This document shows positions 20,301 through 32,508 of a DNA stretch of 64,000 nt, one piece after another. The notes beneath the pieces are model-generated. The model saw only the letters and a list, made by a program, of their open reading frames with translations. It was not told the DNA's origin and searched no databases. The stretch comes from Azolla caroliniana (Eukaryota > Plantae > Polypodiophyta). The first letter of the stretch is position 1. Every line of letters begins with the position of its first letter. The stretch is from positions 13,950,001 through 14,014,000 of the forward strand of contig JBHGNT010000013.1 in NCBI GenBank assembly GCA_043228905.1, written 5' to 3'. The position numbers were made by a program, and so were the translations under genes.

Positions 20301-22617
20301 TGTGTGAAAGTCATTGAGCTTCACAAGGCTTGATTGATCAGCCAATGGAAGAGGGTATTTTCTTGGGTTGAATCTCTCCTACAGTCTGCCAAAAAAAAGG
20401 AAAGGAAATTTTGACTTTGACTGAAATCACATGTCTATGTTTTGGTGGGCTTCTGATTCTAGTTATCAACATTAGCAGTATGCATAACCAATAGCTTCAT
20501 CAAAAGCAGCAGATTTGAAAGCATAACATTGGAAGCCCCAATACAGCTCCTTGTTGAATGTGATCAACAAGATCGCATGCAAGAGGTGCTATTGATGAGG
20601 AGTTATATTTTCTTTAAATATCGATTTTTTGCAATAATTCTTAAGGTCATTTTACTAACATGAAGGATGTATTGAAGTCTATAGAACTGAGTTTATTATA
20701 GAACATTCCTTTGTTGGAAACAAATATCACATTCTTATATGTAAGATTTCGTATGTTACCTAATTCTTAGAAGTAATCAACCTAATGTATATTTTGATTG
20801 ATTCTGTCAAAACATGTCTACATCAAAAAGAGGTTCATTTTATAGTCTGTTGCAAATAGGAATATACTGGGTGGTTTAGCCGTGCAACAATTATCAGGTT
20901 ACGACATCATATAAGAGTACGTTTTCTCAGTCTGATACCAGGAGATACGGCAAAAGAACTTGAGCAGATGGAATCCAGAAAATTAGCCATACTGAAACGT
21001 CTAGCCATGATTCCAAGTAATCTTCCCAAAGCAAAAGCCGATGATGGTATGCTCAATACAATACCAACTGGAAGTGAATGCTCCCCAATAAGAGTCTAAT
21101 GTTCAAATCCACCTTAATGATAATGAAAGTGTTTACTGCTTAGGTAACAGTGAATTACCACAAGAGGATGAATTACTTGCTGCCAATGTTGTTGGGATTG
21201 TTCCATCTGGAGCCGATCTACAAAATATGAATTTCATTGATAATGAAGAAGAGGATGAGGAGGAAGAAGAAGAGGAAGAGGAAGATGAATATCAGCCATT
21301 TGAGGTAAATTTCACATGTTTTTTGTTCTCTATCTCTGTTTCCATAAAAATGATACGTCTATGCTGGATGGAAACAATATAAATTTCTTTATAGATAATG
21401 CTGAACCCTAAATATAATACTCAAATCTTAAATATTTGCAGGAACTGCATTTTCAGAACAGTACAGACAGCTGTATCCTTTTCTATTGCTATGCATCAAA
21501 ATCATAGATTACAAATTGGGTTCAGATTAAACGTCATATGTGATTGATGTGTACATACTATTTTCATGTAGTAGACCAAAAGTTGTATCATCCTGTCTAA
21601 AAGTTGTTGGTGCAACCTGATCTTGAAGTGTCATGGATATGAACACTTCTGTGCATGTACCGTCTGTCTGTGTAGCTGGTGGATTTATGCCCCAATAATT
21701 ATCATAGATCCTGCTTTGGATTGGGAGTGCGTGTGTATATGATGTATTGTTGTGTCTATAAGTTGTAGGCTTGATGTGACTTGTCTAAATATGTCATAGC
21801 ATCCTGTCTAAAAGTTGTTGGCGCAACCTGATCTTGATGCATCATGGATATGAACACTGATGTGCCTGTACTGTCTGTGTAGCTGGTGGATTTATACCCA
21901 TGGTCATCATAGATCCTGCTTTGGATTGGGAGTGCGTGTGAAAATGTGATGTATTGTTGTGTCTATAACCTGTAGGAGATGTGACCTTTGATGTGTCAAG
22001 AATGGGAACATGTATGTGGATAGTGTCTTTGTGTAGTTGTGGCCTTAATGGTATGTGTGCTTTTATGTGATGTAGTGTTCTCCTCTGAAGTGGTGGACTC
22101 CATCCTCGATCTAGTGGCATCATGGATAGGAACATCATATGTGCACATAATGTCTGCTTGTAGTTGTGCCATAAAGCCTTATGAACGACCATTAGGACTA
22201 GGTGGGAAATAAATCCCAGTTACGTAGGGGGTGTGTACTTGTATGTAATGTAACATTTCTGTCAAGAAGTCATGGGGTTAATGTGCACCCCATGATCAAC
22301 TACTGAACTAGGGAACCAGATCCCACTTTCTCAGTATGGTGCTCATAAATATATGTGATGTAGCATTGAAGGGTATTATCTATCATGTATGCATTTGATA
22401 AATCTGTCAACAATGTTGAATCTTTGATTGCATTTTAGATATGGATTCATTCGACAACATTCCGAAGAACTATCTGCAAGAGCTTTTAGAGAAGTTTCCT
22501 TTGAATAAAGGTGAGAATTTAGAGAGTATGAGAGACGTTGATCTCAGTGATGTAGAGACAGGTTATCCTATCTTTGAGCAAGATGATGAGGATGATGATG
22601 ATGATGAAGATGATTAA
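15008..22617 (+). CDS. GTF3C5: General transcription factor IIIC subunit 5 (tau95/TFIIIC63-like), ~560 aa; exons 15008-15142, 15644-15839, 15950-16036, 16240-16330, 16600-16681, 17190-17232, 17492-17663, 17735-17833, 18421-18501, 19653-19791, 20860-21046, 21144-21304, 21442-21472, 22439-22617
   Basis: Motifs [85 protein letters not shown] and an acidic tail are characteristic of plant tau95. All 14 exons join in frame (1683 nt). Confidence 0.92.
17233..17491 (+). other. Putative U12-type AT-AC intron of GTF3C5
   Basis: 5' ATATCCAA, branch-like ACCTTTAC about 10 nt before the 3' ...CTCAC. Splicing gives DFKIKE|IPPKIDWE in frame. Confidence 0.65.
19880..20253. mobile_element. Old MITE-like element with (AAACC)n internal repeats in a GTF3C5 intron
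   Basis: Imperfect termini TTGGCCTGG / CCAAGGCCCA, many AAACC(G/A) motifs, and possible decayed 8-bp flanks gatatgtt/gctacgtt. Confidence 0.55.
21473..22438 (+). other. U12-type GT-AG intron of GTF3C5
   Basis: Perfect U12 donor GTATCCTTT and branch-like TCTTTGAT about 10 nt before TTTTAG. The junction gives DSY|MDSF in frame. Confidence 0.85.
21588..22000. repeat. Tandem duplication, ~212 bp unit, inside the U12 GT-AG intron
   Basis: 'catcctgtctaaaagttgttgg...gatgtattgttgtgtctataa' occurs twice. Confidence 0.9.
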
Positions 22618-24728
22618 TTGCTTTTTGTGGAGTAGGGAAGTTCAGAAAAAAGAAGAAGACAGATATAGTTACGATGTCTGAAGGCAAAGAGGTTATTGAC
22701 TTGTAATATGACAAGTCTCTTATCTTGTAGGCACATTGTGGTCACACAATTTCATGAATCCACTCATGTAGGTGTTGGCCATGAGCATGGATATGAAGAC
22801 CATATGTTTGTAATTTTTTACATAAACAAAGAAATAAATGAGTTGATTGGAGCAAAAGCAACCATAGCAGATTTCACATGTGCAATATCAGTCATAAAAA
22901 CAAATTTACATATACAACAGGCAACTAAGAAGGAAGAGTTTTTGGAAAAAAAATAAAATAAGGAAGATTATATTAATTATCATTTATAATATCGTCAGGA
23001 GATGCTTTTTGGCAGTACATCTTGTTCATGGTATCATACAGTATTCTATGCGAAATTTGTTATCATTCGCATAACATGGGGTTTCAATAAACCCTAAACT
23101 ATTTTCTTCTCACAAACTTTGTTTTGGATGTTTCTTGATATAGTGTTAACATTTTTTGTCATAAGTGTTATATGGTTTTGCACATTTATTTTCATCTTTT
23201 TAGATGTTAACCTACCTCATGTAAATGATTTTTCATTATAGAATCTAATAATTGAAAACATGTGAAGAAATGTGTACATCTTAACATGTTTACACATTTG
23301 TAGCTCAAACCACTAGTAAAAACATGACTTTTTCTCCTTCACACAAAGCCTATGCTTTCAGCTGTTCAACAAAATGTATGGTACATTTTTCATTCATCTC
23401 TTCCAAGTCTTCAATTGTAGGCAAACCATTACATACATGAAAATAATTTTGCCACACAATTTCAATGCAAAATGGGGCGGGTTCAGCAGGGGATGTTCAC
23501 ATTCTGAACTATCAGAAACCAGCCCTCATTGTGTGAACTATGGCAACTCAGGGTTGTATGGACGTCTTGCTCAAACCTCTAATAGAGGCAATTAAACTTT
23601 TGCTCGCCTCAACAAGCAAGCAGGCAAGAAAGTTATCCCTTGAGGGAATCAAACCAGTTTCTTTGACATGAAAAGACAATGCCCTTACCTCTAGGGACCT
23701 GGCTTTGAAAGTCTAATGAAAACATGGTTGAATCAGCTCTATACCCAGCCAAATGCTTATGGCAAGAGGTTAAAGCACTATGTAACAATCCCATTGAGAG
23801 CAATGAGTAATTTAGCGATTTTGTGTATATATATTTCTGTTATGTATCAAACACATTATCAAACCACTTAAAACAAAAGGATAAAATTTCCTAGTATTTT
23901 GAAGACAAGTTTGATTGAAGATTGAAGCTTCCATTAGAAATGACAACTTTTAAAAGGATGTCTTTCCTTACTATACAATAAATTGAGGGAGTTGTCATCT
24001 AGTCTTGCACTTATAATCTGTATGAAAAAATTATTCACAAAAGTTAAGGGTAGAATTCACACCTTTTTCATTTGTAAATGTTTTCTAGATTTTAGGCTGT
24101 TTTTTTCATGTTATGAATTATGCTTGAAAAGTTTACCATTACATTTGTCAATGACAACCACCCTCCAATGTATATATATACATAAATAAGTGTGTACACC
24201 TAGTTTAAAATGTCTTGGTTATGGTATAGGCAGTGGATAATTTATTGATATATTTGAGTTCCATCATGATGGAATGGATAGATGATTGGTTGTTCGCAAT
24301 AGATGATGCTAAATTGAGCATTTTCCTTGCCTGCTAGTTCTTATAAACTTATGTTACTTGGAAATTAATGATAATTGACATCAATATGTCATCAATTAAT
24401 GTTATCGTTACATGATATTTATTAATGTTTTTACACAAATCATGTTAGTGGTAAATGGCTTCAATAGGTTAGCAATTCCAATGGTTATAATGTCTTCAAG
24501 TCCTATGTTTCAAGGTCCTTGATGAATTCATGTCACAAAAGACAAAACACAAAATTGCAAGTTGAATCTGTGAGGTTATTGATTGATTATACAATTTGAG
24601 ACCAGAAATGTTAGGCTGTTGACGCCGTTAAAGAATTGTTGGTATACACGGTGTTAAAGCTTAATCCGAACAATTGATACGCATTGAAGCGATGCTAATC
24701 ACAAATGTTGCTTTTCTTCAATTTAGGT

Positions 24729-26651
24729 CTATCCAGTCTCTTGCTTGTGTCTTAACTTTTGAAGCTCTTCAGCATAGTCATGCAAACCAGCTGATATGAG
24801 TATGTTAGACATGAAAATATATGCATTAGGTTGCTTGGGCTCCAGAGTGACTGCAAGATCAAATGCTTGTTTAGCAAGCTCAACATTTCCATGTGTGGAG
24901 CAAGCACCAAGCAAAAACCACAAGATTGCTAAATCTGGTTGAAATGGCATATTTTTAAGCAAATTCACTATCCGTTTGAAGTCTCCAGCACGCCCAAGGA
25001 GGTCTATCACTATACCATAATGCTTGATTTTTGGTGTTATTCCATAGTCATGTATCATTGACTCGAAGCATCCAAGAGCTTTTGTCACTAGCCCCATGTG
25101 ACTAAATATCGTGAGGAGTGACATGAACATTATTTCATCAGGCAAAATACCTTCAATTTTTGATTCCTCAAAGATGCTCAAATCTTCTCCTTTACTTCTA
25201 TGTGAAGCAATAAATGCTGTCCACGAAACGATATCAGGCTCCGTTAGTGCGTCATGAAGTGTTTTGGCCTCTAGCATGCTAGCACAACTTCCATATGTAT
25301 GAATTAAAGTTGCTACCAGAGAAAGAAATCTCTCACACCCAGACGAGATCATGACAAAGTGAAGTTCTTTACATACTTCTAAGCTTCCAATGTCGTTACA
25401 AGCTTGCAAACTACAAATAATCGTGACGTCATCCATGCCTACATTCATCTTATGCATTTGTCTATACAATAACAGTACCTTCTCTCCTTCAGCTTGTTCG
25501 ACATAGGCAGAGAGCATAGCATTCCAAGATACAAGATCCCGATGTATTACCTCATCAAACACACACTCCGCTTCATAAATGACACCACACTTGCCATACA
25601 TACCAATGAGTGCAGTAGCTACTCTTTTGTCCGATATATACCCTTTCTTTTTAAGGTCAGATTGCAGTGCTTGGCCAATCTCGAGGGATTTCCGTTTAAT
25701 TTCCCCTTCTTCTACAAAACAGCTAAGTTCTTTCTCTGCAAGGCAACCACATGCTTGAAGTGCAAGAATACATGAAACTTTATCTGGATCCACACCTTCC
25801 TTTTGCATTTGCATGTATGAAATCAAGGCCTTTTCTCCTTCACCATATTCAACATAAATTGAGAGGATGGCTGACCATGATACAACATCTCGTCGAGGTA
25901 ACATATATAGAACATTCTCAGCTTGTAAAATATCCCCACACTTGCCATACATGCTCACAAGTGAATTATTAAGAAGAAATCCTCGGCACGTGAGCTTCTT
26001 CCTATTGGCATATGAATGTATAGCTTGCCCAATTTCAAGATAACCTATCTTGTGTGGTCTTGAACAAACTGAATTGTCACTAACAAAAAAATTTGAGTTT
26101 GAACTAATTGAATTGTTTATTTTTGGTCTAGCCAAATTGTTACGGTTTCGACTAACTGAATTGTCTTCATTATGATTTGGTTGAAGAGCACCACATGCTC
26201 GAACAACAAGAACTAAGGTAAATTCATCTGGGCTAACCCTCCCTTCCTCTTGCATTTGCCTAAAAAGTCTTAAGATCTTCTCTCCACAACCCTGTTCAGC
26301 ATAGGCTGACAGCATCACATTCCACGATACAACACTGCGATCTGCCATGGCACAGAATGCATCTTCGGCTTCCACAATAGCACCACATTTGCCATACATA
26401 CTTATAGCAGTGTTAATAACAAAGAGATTAGACGTGAACCCCCTGTTTTGTGCATCTCTATGAAGCTCTGTTGCTCGGGAAAGGTCTGATATGTCAGCAC
26501 AAGCTTTGAAGAGGGATATAAAAGTGCGAGGGTTTGGGTCGACACCCGCGTCGAGCATAAGGATGTATGTACGCAGAGCATGGAGAGGGCGGCCATGGCG
26601 GAGGCAATCAGAGATCAGAGCATTCCAAGGTCGAAGAGTAACACATTTCAT
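24729..26651 (-). CDS. PLS-class pentatricopeptide repeat protein with E domain (no DYW), 640 aa
   Basis: Repeated P-L-S triplets (SMYGKCG...A..F..M..R.VVSWN), then HYGIVIDLLGRAG and the E domain MPFQPDLAILWFLLGACSTHGNVELAKQAF...AYIFMSN. Confidence 0.92.
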   Translation of the reverse strand: MKCVTLRPWNALISDCLRHGRPLHALRTYILMLDAGVDPNPRTFISLFKACADISDLSRATELHRDAQNRGFTSNLFVINTAISMYGKCGAIVEAEDAFCAMADRSVVSWNVMLSAYAEQGCGEKILRLFRQMQEEGRVSPDEFTLVLVVRACGALQPNHNEDNSVSRNRNNLARPKINNSISSNSNFFVSDNSVCSRPHKIGYLEIGQAIHSYANRKKLTCRGFLLNNSLVSMYGKCGDILQAENVLYMLPRRDVVSWSAILSIYVEYGEGEKALISYMQMQKEGVDPDKVSCILALQACGCLAEKELSCFVEEGEIKRKSLEIGQALQSDLKKKGYISDKRVATALIGMYGKCGVIYEAECVFDEVIHRDLVSWNAMLSAYVEQAEGEKVLLLYRQMHKMNVGMDDVTIICSLQACNDIGSLEVCKELHFVMISSGCERFLSLVATLIHTYGSCASMLEAKTLHDALTEPDIVSWTAFIASHRSKGEDLSIFEESKIEGILPDEIMFMSLLTIFSHMGLVTKALGCFESMIHDYGITPKIKHYGIVIDLLGRAGDFKRIVNLLKNMPFQPDLAILWFLLGACSTHGNVELAKQAFDLAVTLEPKQPNAYIFMSNILISAGLHDYAEELQKLRHKQETG

Positions 26652-26865
26652 AGCATTTCAACAGAAACAGAGCATGCCTTCTCTATCTAACTGGGGGAAG
26701 GTTTTATGGTTTGATTCTTCATTAAAAGAAGAGGAAGAAAAGAAGACGCAAAAAGCAAAAAGCAAAAGCAAACACAATATACATATATATATAAAACCTT
26801 TGGTTGAATAATGTAAAGTGTAAGAAGTTTGGTTCTTGATGTCAGACATCTCTAGGCAATGGAGT

Positions 26866-26961
26866 TTAAAAGTGAAAACTCATACTTGAGATGCCACCCC
26901 CAAACTAAGGCGACAGAGCTTAAAAGTGAAAACTCATACTTGAGATGCCACCCCCAAACTA
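26866..26961. repeat. 53-bp-period tandem repeat upstream of the PPR gene
   Basis: ttaaaagtgaaaactcatacttgagatgccacccccaaactaa occurs twice. Confidence 0.9.
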
Positions 26962-26999
26962 ATGACAGGCAACTCCAAGGATTCTTGGGAGATATGCTA

Positions 27000-27520
27000 A
27001 GTGTTACTACAAATTCATAAAAAGGTTCGTCGAGAGAGAGGCATACCTCTCTGTTTAAAAATAAATAAATCGATGTTTGTTATTAAAACAAGAGCTATCT
27101 TCATTACTTCGTTAGTACTAGGTAGTGATACTTCAAGAGAAACCCTCTCAAGTGTTGTAAAACTAGATGACATAAGTTTATCTCCTCTTGGGACAATGTC
27201 CCCATACAACCTAATTGCGAAAATTGCCAAATCAACTTCCCTTTCATCCTACGCAATTGTTGTGTTACCCCAGGAAGTCCATCAAACAAGAAACCATTCC
27301 TCATGGTCCAATTAAACCACATCCCCCAATACCTAAGGTAGTCAAATACAACCTTATATGATGGTGTGGGCATAACTTTATTCTCATCAATAAAAACCCA
27401 CTTAAAAGGTGACAAAATATTTCTTTTTATTGATGCCCAAATTTGTGATATAACCACCCAAATGGCTTTAGCAACGGGACATGTAATGAACCTATGTCTG
27501 GCATCTTCGTCAACCTCTCG
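27000..27520 (-). mobile_element. L1-like LINE 3' remnant
   Basis: EDARHRFITCP and WGMWFNWTMRNGFLF match the L1 C-terminal W..W..RN..LF pattern. It resembles 42.2-42.3 kb. Confidence 0.6.
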
Positions 27521-27524
27521 ACTA

Positions 27525-29545
27525 GACGAAGGCTCGCAAGAAAAAACTATATTGTTGTTTTGTGGACTTCCGCAAAGCCTTTGACATAGTCCCTAGGGAG
27601 TGGTTGTTTGATAGGCTTAAAAGCCGAGAGATACCAAATGACATGATTTGGGCCATCTATGCTTTATATGACAAGTCTCTGGGTGCATAAGATGCCTAGG
27701 TGGCCTATCCGATTGCTTCACCAACACCATTGGTGTAAAACAAGGTTGCCCCTATCGCCGACTCTTTTTGGGATCTACATTGATGAGATCACTGATTTTA
27801 TTGCTCGTAAGAAAAGCAACAGAGTAATCATTGGGGGTATGCAAGTTAGTCTCTTACTCTATGCAAATGACATAGTTTTGCTCTTGGAGTTTGAACAAGA
27901 CCTACAAAAGCATCTTAATGCCCTAGATGACTTTTGCACACAACGGGGATTGGTAGTGCACACATTGGCTCAAGTTAGGACAAAATGTCACTTAATCCTC
28001 TCTCGTAGACTAGTTGAGGTAGTTGGATCATATGTATATCTTGGAGTCACTTTTAGTGCTCGCTTAGATAAATTTTCGATGACACAAGCATCCAAAGATA
28101 GGCTAACGATAGGGTATGCATCCCTCTCACTCTTAGAGAGACAATGCCACCATGCATACTTTCAAGAGCCAGGACTAAGGGATGGCTCTTCGACTCATTA
28201 GTGATCCCTTCCCTCATGTATGCATTAGCAGTTTGGGCTCCAAGTCTACCATCTTTCATGTGGATGCAATTAGAGAGACCTTCGGTGACGATGTTATCAT
28301 GTCAACTCCGAAGCAAATCAACAATACCACATGACATTATTAGAGCAGATTTCACTTTGCCCCCGATGTTAGTAGAAACACTTTTCCAACTTGTAGTTTT
28401 TATTCATAGGATACATGGCCAACCATAAGATAGGATATCTCGTCAAGCTTTTGAGGCATCCCGATCCCTATATGCGTTCGGAGATACTAGCTCTTGGTAT
28501 AACACTGTAGTGAGTTGGCTGCTTGCAAATGGCATAAACATTAATAACCTACCTCCCCTTAAGTACAACCATGGGACTGATCAAACTTTAATCTCTCATG
28601 AGGACCGTAATAAAGTAAAATGCCAAGAAATATGACAAATTTACACTCGATATAAATGGATCACCCTACGAGAGCCACTCCCATCTAAAATGTTATTACA
28701 CTATAAGGAACACTTCATGCACTTCTCTAAGTTAGGTTTATTACACGGCCAAATTATCTAGATACATTCTTATCAAATGCACTAAGGGTTGCCATTGGAC
28801 ATCTTAGGATATCATCTCACCAACTTGAGATTGAGAATGGTCGTACTAACAGAGTCCCTAGAGAGGAAAAGGATATGTAGACTATGTCACATAGAGATAG
28901 AGGATGAGTATCACTTTACATGCAAGTGTTCAACTTACGTCGAGATAAGGGTGAAGTACCAAGACATACTAGGACCCTCTCCCACCCTCTTCAAACTATT
29001 AGATACCCTAGATATAAAGAGACTAGATAGGTATATCTTAGAGCTAAAACAACATAGAGAGAATAAGCTACAAAATGTTAACCATAACCATTGAACTAAT
29101 ATTCACCAACATGTAACTAATGAAACATTTCAAGGACAAGGGGAGATGATGAATGTGGACACACCTACACCACTTGGCCTCTCCCTTGCTGAAGTAGAAA
29201 AGCAAAGAGCAATCAAACACCCTTGGATGTCGGGCTTCAAAGCAACTGATGTGTAGTAGAAACAATTAAGAAGATAAGGGACCGTGAGCTACGCCGCCTA
29301 GAAGCTATGGTTGGGGTACCTTTTACATTGGGACCACCGGCCACATCCACATCGAAACCCTTTGACCGCCCGCTTCTTTTCGAGAGACTTGGATGGAAAC
29401 GAAACTAGGCCTAGTATAAAGCCATTTCCTTTATAGAACATGTTTTTTTACTAGAACTCTTTAGCTTAAGTTTTATTTTTACTTTCGATGAATGGGTAAA
29501 TACCCCATTTTTGTTGTAAACCAATTGTCTCATGGGCCAATTTTG
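27525..29545 (+). mobile_element. 5'-truncated LINE (RT plus C-terminal Cys/His motif), frameshifted
   Basis: CFVDFRKAFD, GVKQGCPLSPTLFGIYID, LLYANDIVLL, YVYLGV, ICRLCH...EDEYHF...C. The 3' UTR is shared with 12.9-13.3 kb and 52.7 kb. Confidence 0.88.
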
Positions 29546-29719
29546 GTCTTAGAAGACGTTAACATAACCTCCAATAGTGAATTAGTAAATGATTGACTAC
29601 TAGAGACCCTGTACATTTGACATCCCTTTCAGAATTAATGACATTCCACCAATTAGCTTCAACCTTACGTTTCCAAGTTTAATTCTGTTCTTCGCTGTAT
29701 TAAATTATGCGACCATTTT

Positions 29720-29976
29720 TGTCCAAGGTTGTACACCATCAAACATAAATCGAATGAAAGTAAATCGATGAGCCACCATATGCTCATATAGATTCAATAT
29801 TGATATGTCCAAGGTTGTACACCATCAAACATAAATCTAATGAAAGTAAATCGATGAGCCACCATATGCTCATATAGATTCAATATTGATATGTCCAAGG
29901 TTGTACACCATCAAACATAAATCGAATGAAAGTAAATCGATGAGCCACCATATGCTCATATAGATTCAATATTGAT
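29720..29976. repeat. 86-bp unit triplicated within the L1
   Basis: 'tgtccaaggttgtacacc...caatattgat' starts at 29720, 29806 and 29892. Confidence 0.95.
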
Positions 29977-32042
29977 GCCCCACAAAGATGTTTCGGAGTA
30001 CAAACATGATCCCATGCCAACCACGACAAGGCACTATTCCCTTTTCTTTTCCATAACAACATTCCATTGAGTGTGACACCATTTCAAGAGCTTTCTTCGA
30101 CCATGGTAGCAAAGGAAGATAATAAGACACCATAGAGACCATAATCGATTGGACCACCTTAAGTCGTACATGAGAAGGCCACAATTGAGACATCCAATAC
30201 ATAAACTTATCCTCTAACCTTTTGGATACCCACTCAATAAGTTTCACATGAGAAACTTCCACTCCATTTGGATATCCAAGGTGACAACAAATAATATCAC
30301 GATGTACTATCCTTCCTGACCACCCCAACCCCTAACACATCTTGTTCTATACATGAAACGAGGACAAATTTATGCATATTATTAATTCTCAACCCTGAAG
30401 CATTTGAAAACAATTCCAACACATATGTTGTCTCACTAATATTTTCCCGATTAGGTGCCAAAAACATAATATGATCATCAGCAAGAGCTTGAACCTTAGT
30501 CCAAGCAATTCTTCCTCCATAGCCATATTGTGTAACTTAACAAGAATAGTTCGATGTGTCCCAATAGTGAATAATAGAGGACTGTTCAGGCATCCTTGTC
30601 TAATTGATCTCCGAATAGAAATAGGTTATGTTACTCCTCCATTAAACATCACATGTGAAACCAAACCCTCCACTAATTTGTAAATCAACTTAGACATACG
30701 ATCACCAAAACCCATATGAGACATCAATTGATTTATAAATGACCAATCCACATTATTGTAGGCTTTCTCGAGATCCAATTGTTGCAACACTAATTCTTGT
30801 TTAGACTCCTTTGCATAGTCAATTGCCATTTGAACATTTAAACTATTATGTAAAATATCTCTTTTTGCTAAGAACCCATATTGAGCATTATGAATAATAG
30901 AAGGTAAAAACTTATGCAATCTATTGACCCTCACTTTTGCAAAAATCTTGTACATTCCCCCCATCAATGAAATAGGCCTCCACTGAGCAAAGGAAGATGG
31001 AGAAGGCACCTTTGGCAAAAGCTTTATCAAACCAATCTTCCAAGAATGAGGCATTTCCCCTGATGTCCAAACCTTCTGAAATAAGACCGTTAAAAGCCTC
31101 CTTTAACTTAAATTACCTATTTCTTATATAATTTGTTTGTTAATCCATCCCACCCAAGACTCTTATCATTAGCAAGATATGACATGACATGTTCCACCTC
31201 ATCCTCTGAAATATTGGCATCTAATGATTGTGCCAAATCATGCGATACATGATTTTTCACTCCATTAAAAAAATACATCTCTATCCTTTTTAATATTATC
31301 ATTCATACACACTTGTACATCTAACAATTGTGTATCTATGCATTTCTTCACAATTTCTTGAGGATTGGAACACATGATATCATTTTCCTCTAACTTTACC
31401 ACATTTTGTCGTGCATGTGATTCATGAAGGTCATGAAAAAACTTATGTGATTGACCATTAGCATCCTCCGCTTCTTGTCTTAGATGATGTAGTCTAGCAT
31501 GTTGATAAATTTTCGCCATAAGATCATGCATCGCAGAAATTAATACCTCTTGATATCCCATCAACTCTACATCCGTTGGCCAATAAATTAACAATGAGTT
31601 GCATTTATCAAGCAAATTAACTAGGAGACTTAATTTCTTTCTCCTTATATTGAATTGATTGAAAGGTATAACCAGTTTCATCTCTCTTGATCCATTTTCG
31701 TACGTCCCTTAACATAACTTTTAGTATCAAAATCTCCCCATTCTTGAACCTCTGGTCCATCCATAATAGAGTGGATAGATGTTGATTGATTTGTCTCACA
31801 ACAAACATTAAAATCTCCCATCAATAAACCCGGTCTACCATTATCAAGCATTGAATTTAGAGATTTCCATAACAATTTTCGTTCTTGTGAAACATTCGAT
31901 GTATACACTCCAACTAACCAAAGAACTTGCCCTTCATAAATCTCAACCACGATAAATCTTCCAAATTCATTTGAAACAATTACATTTGGGTGAAATTAGT
32001 AAATCTTCCCAAAATAATCCCCATGACCATTTCTAGCATAAT

Positions 32043-32508
32043 TGTTACGGGCATGACCATATAATATCTCGTGGTGAGAATTTACCGTAGTATTCTATAC
32101 ACGTGGATAAGTGTGAGGGTTAAACAAGAGTGTAAAGAAGGGGAGGATTACTTTTAATTCTCGAGATTGAGACAACCCATTAGGCCAAGTGTGAACTTGT
32201 CTGGGGGCCTTGGGGATCGCTATAAATAAGAGGCCTAGCTACCCTCATTTGATCATCTTTTGACTACGTCGAGACTCTATTTCGTGGTGGTTCAACTGTT
32301 GTAGCGAGCACGCCAGCACCAGGTACTACTCGACGCCACGACGATGGTATGGGACGTCGATCGAGGCTCGAGTCCGAGTCGATCCCTTCACTCGGGGGTG
32401 GTCGGGTAGATCAACACCCTTCTTTCTCTCTCTCCTTTCTATCTATCTATCTATCATTCTTTTATCCTTATCATATGCTTACATTAGGGCATATCTCTAA
32501 TAATAACA
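32043..32508 (+). mobile_element. Probable solo LTR inserted in the L1 endonuclease
   Basis: TGTTA...TAACA termini, internal TATAAATA followed by a CpG-rich R/U5-like tract. It interrupts the L1 coding sequence. The TSD is not clean. Confidence 0.6.
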
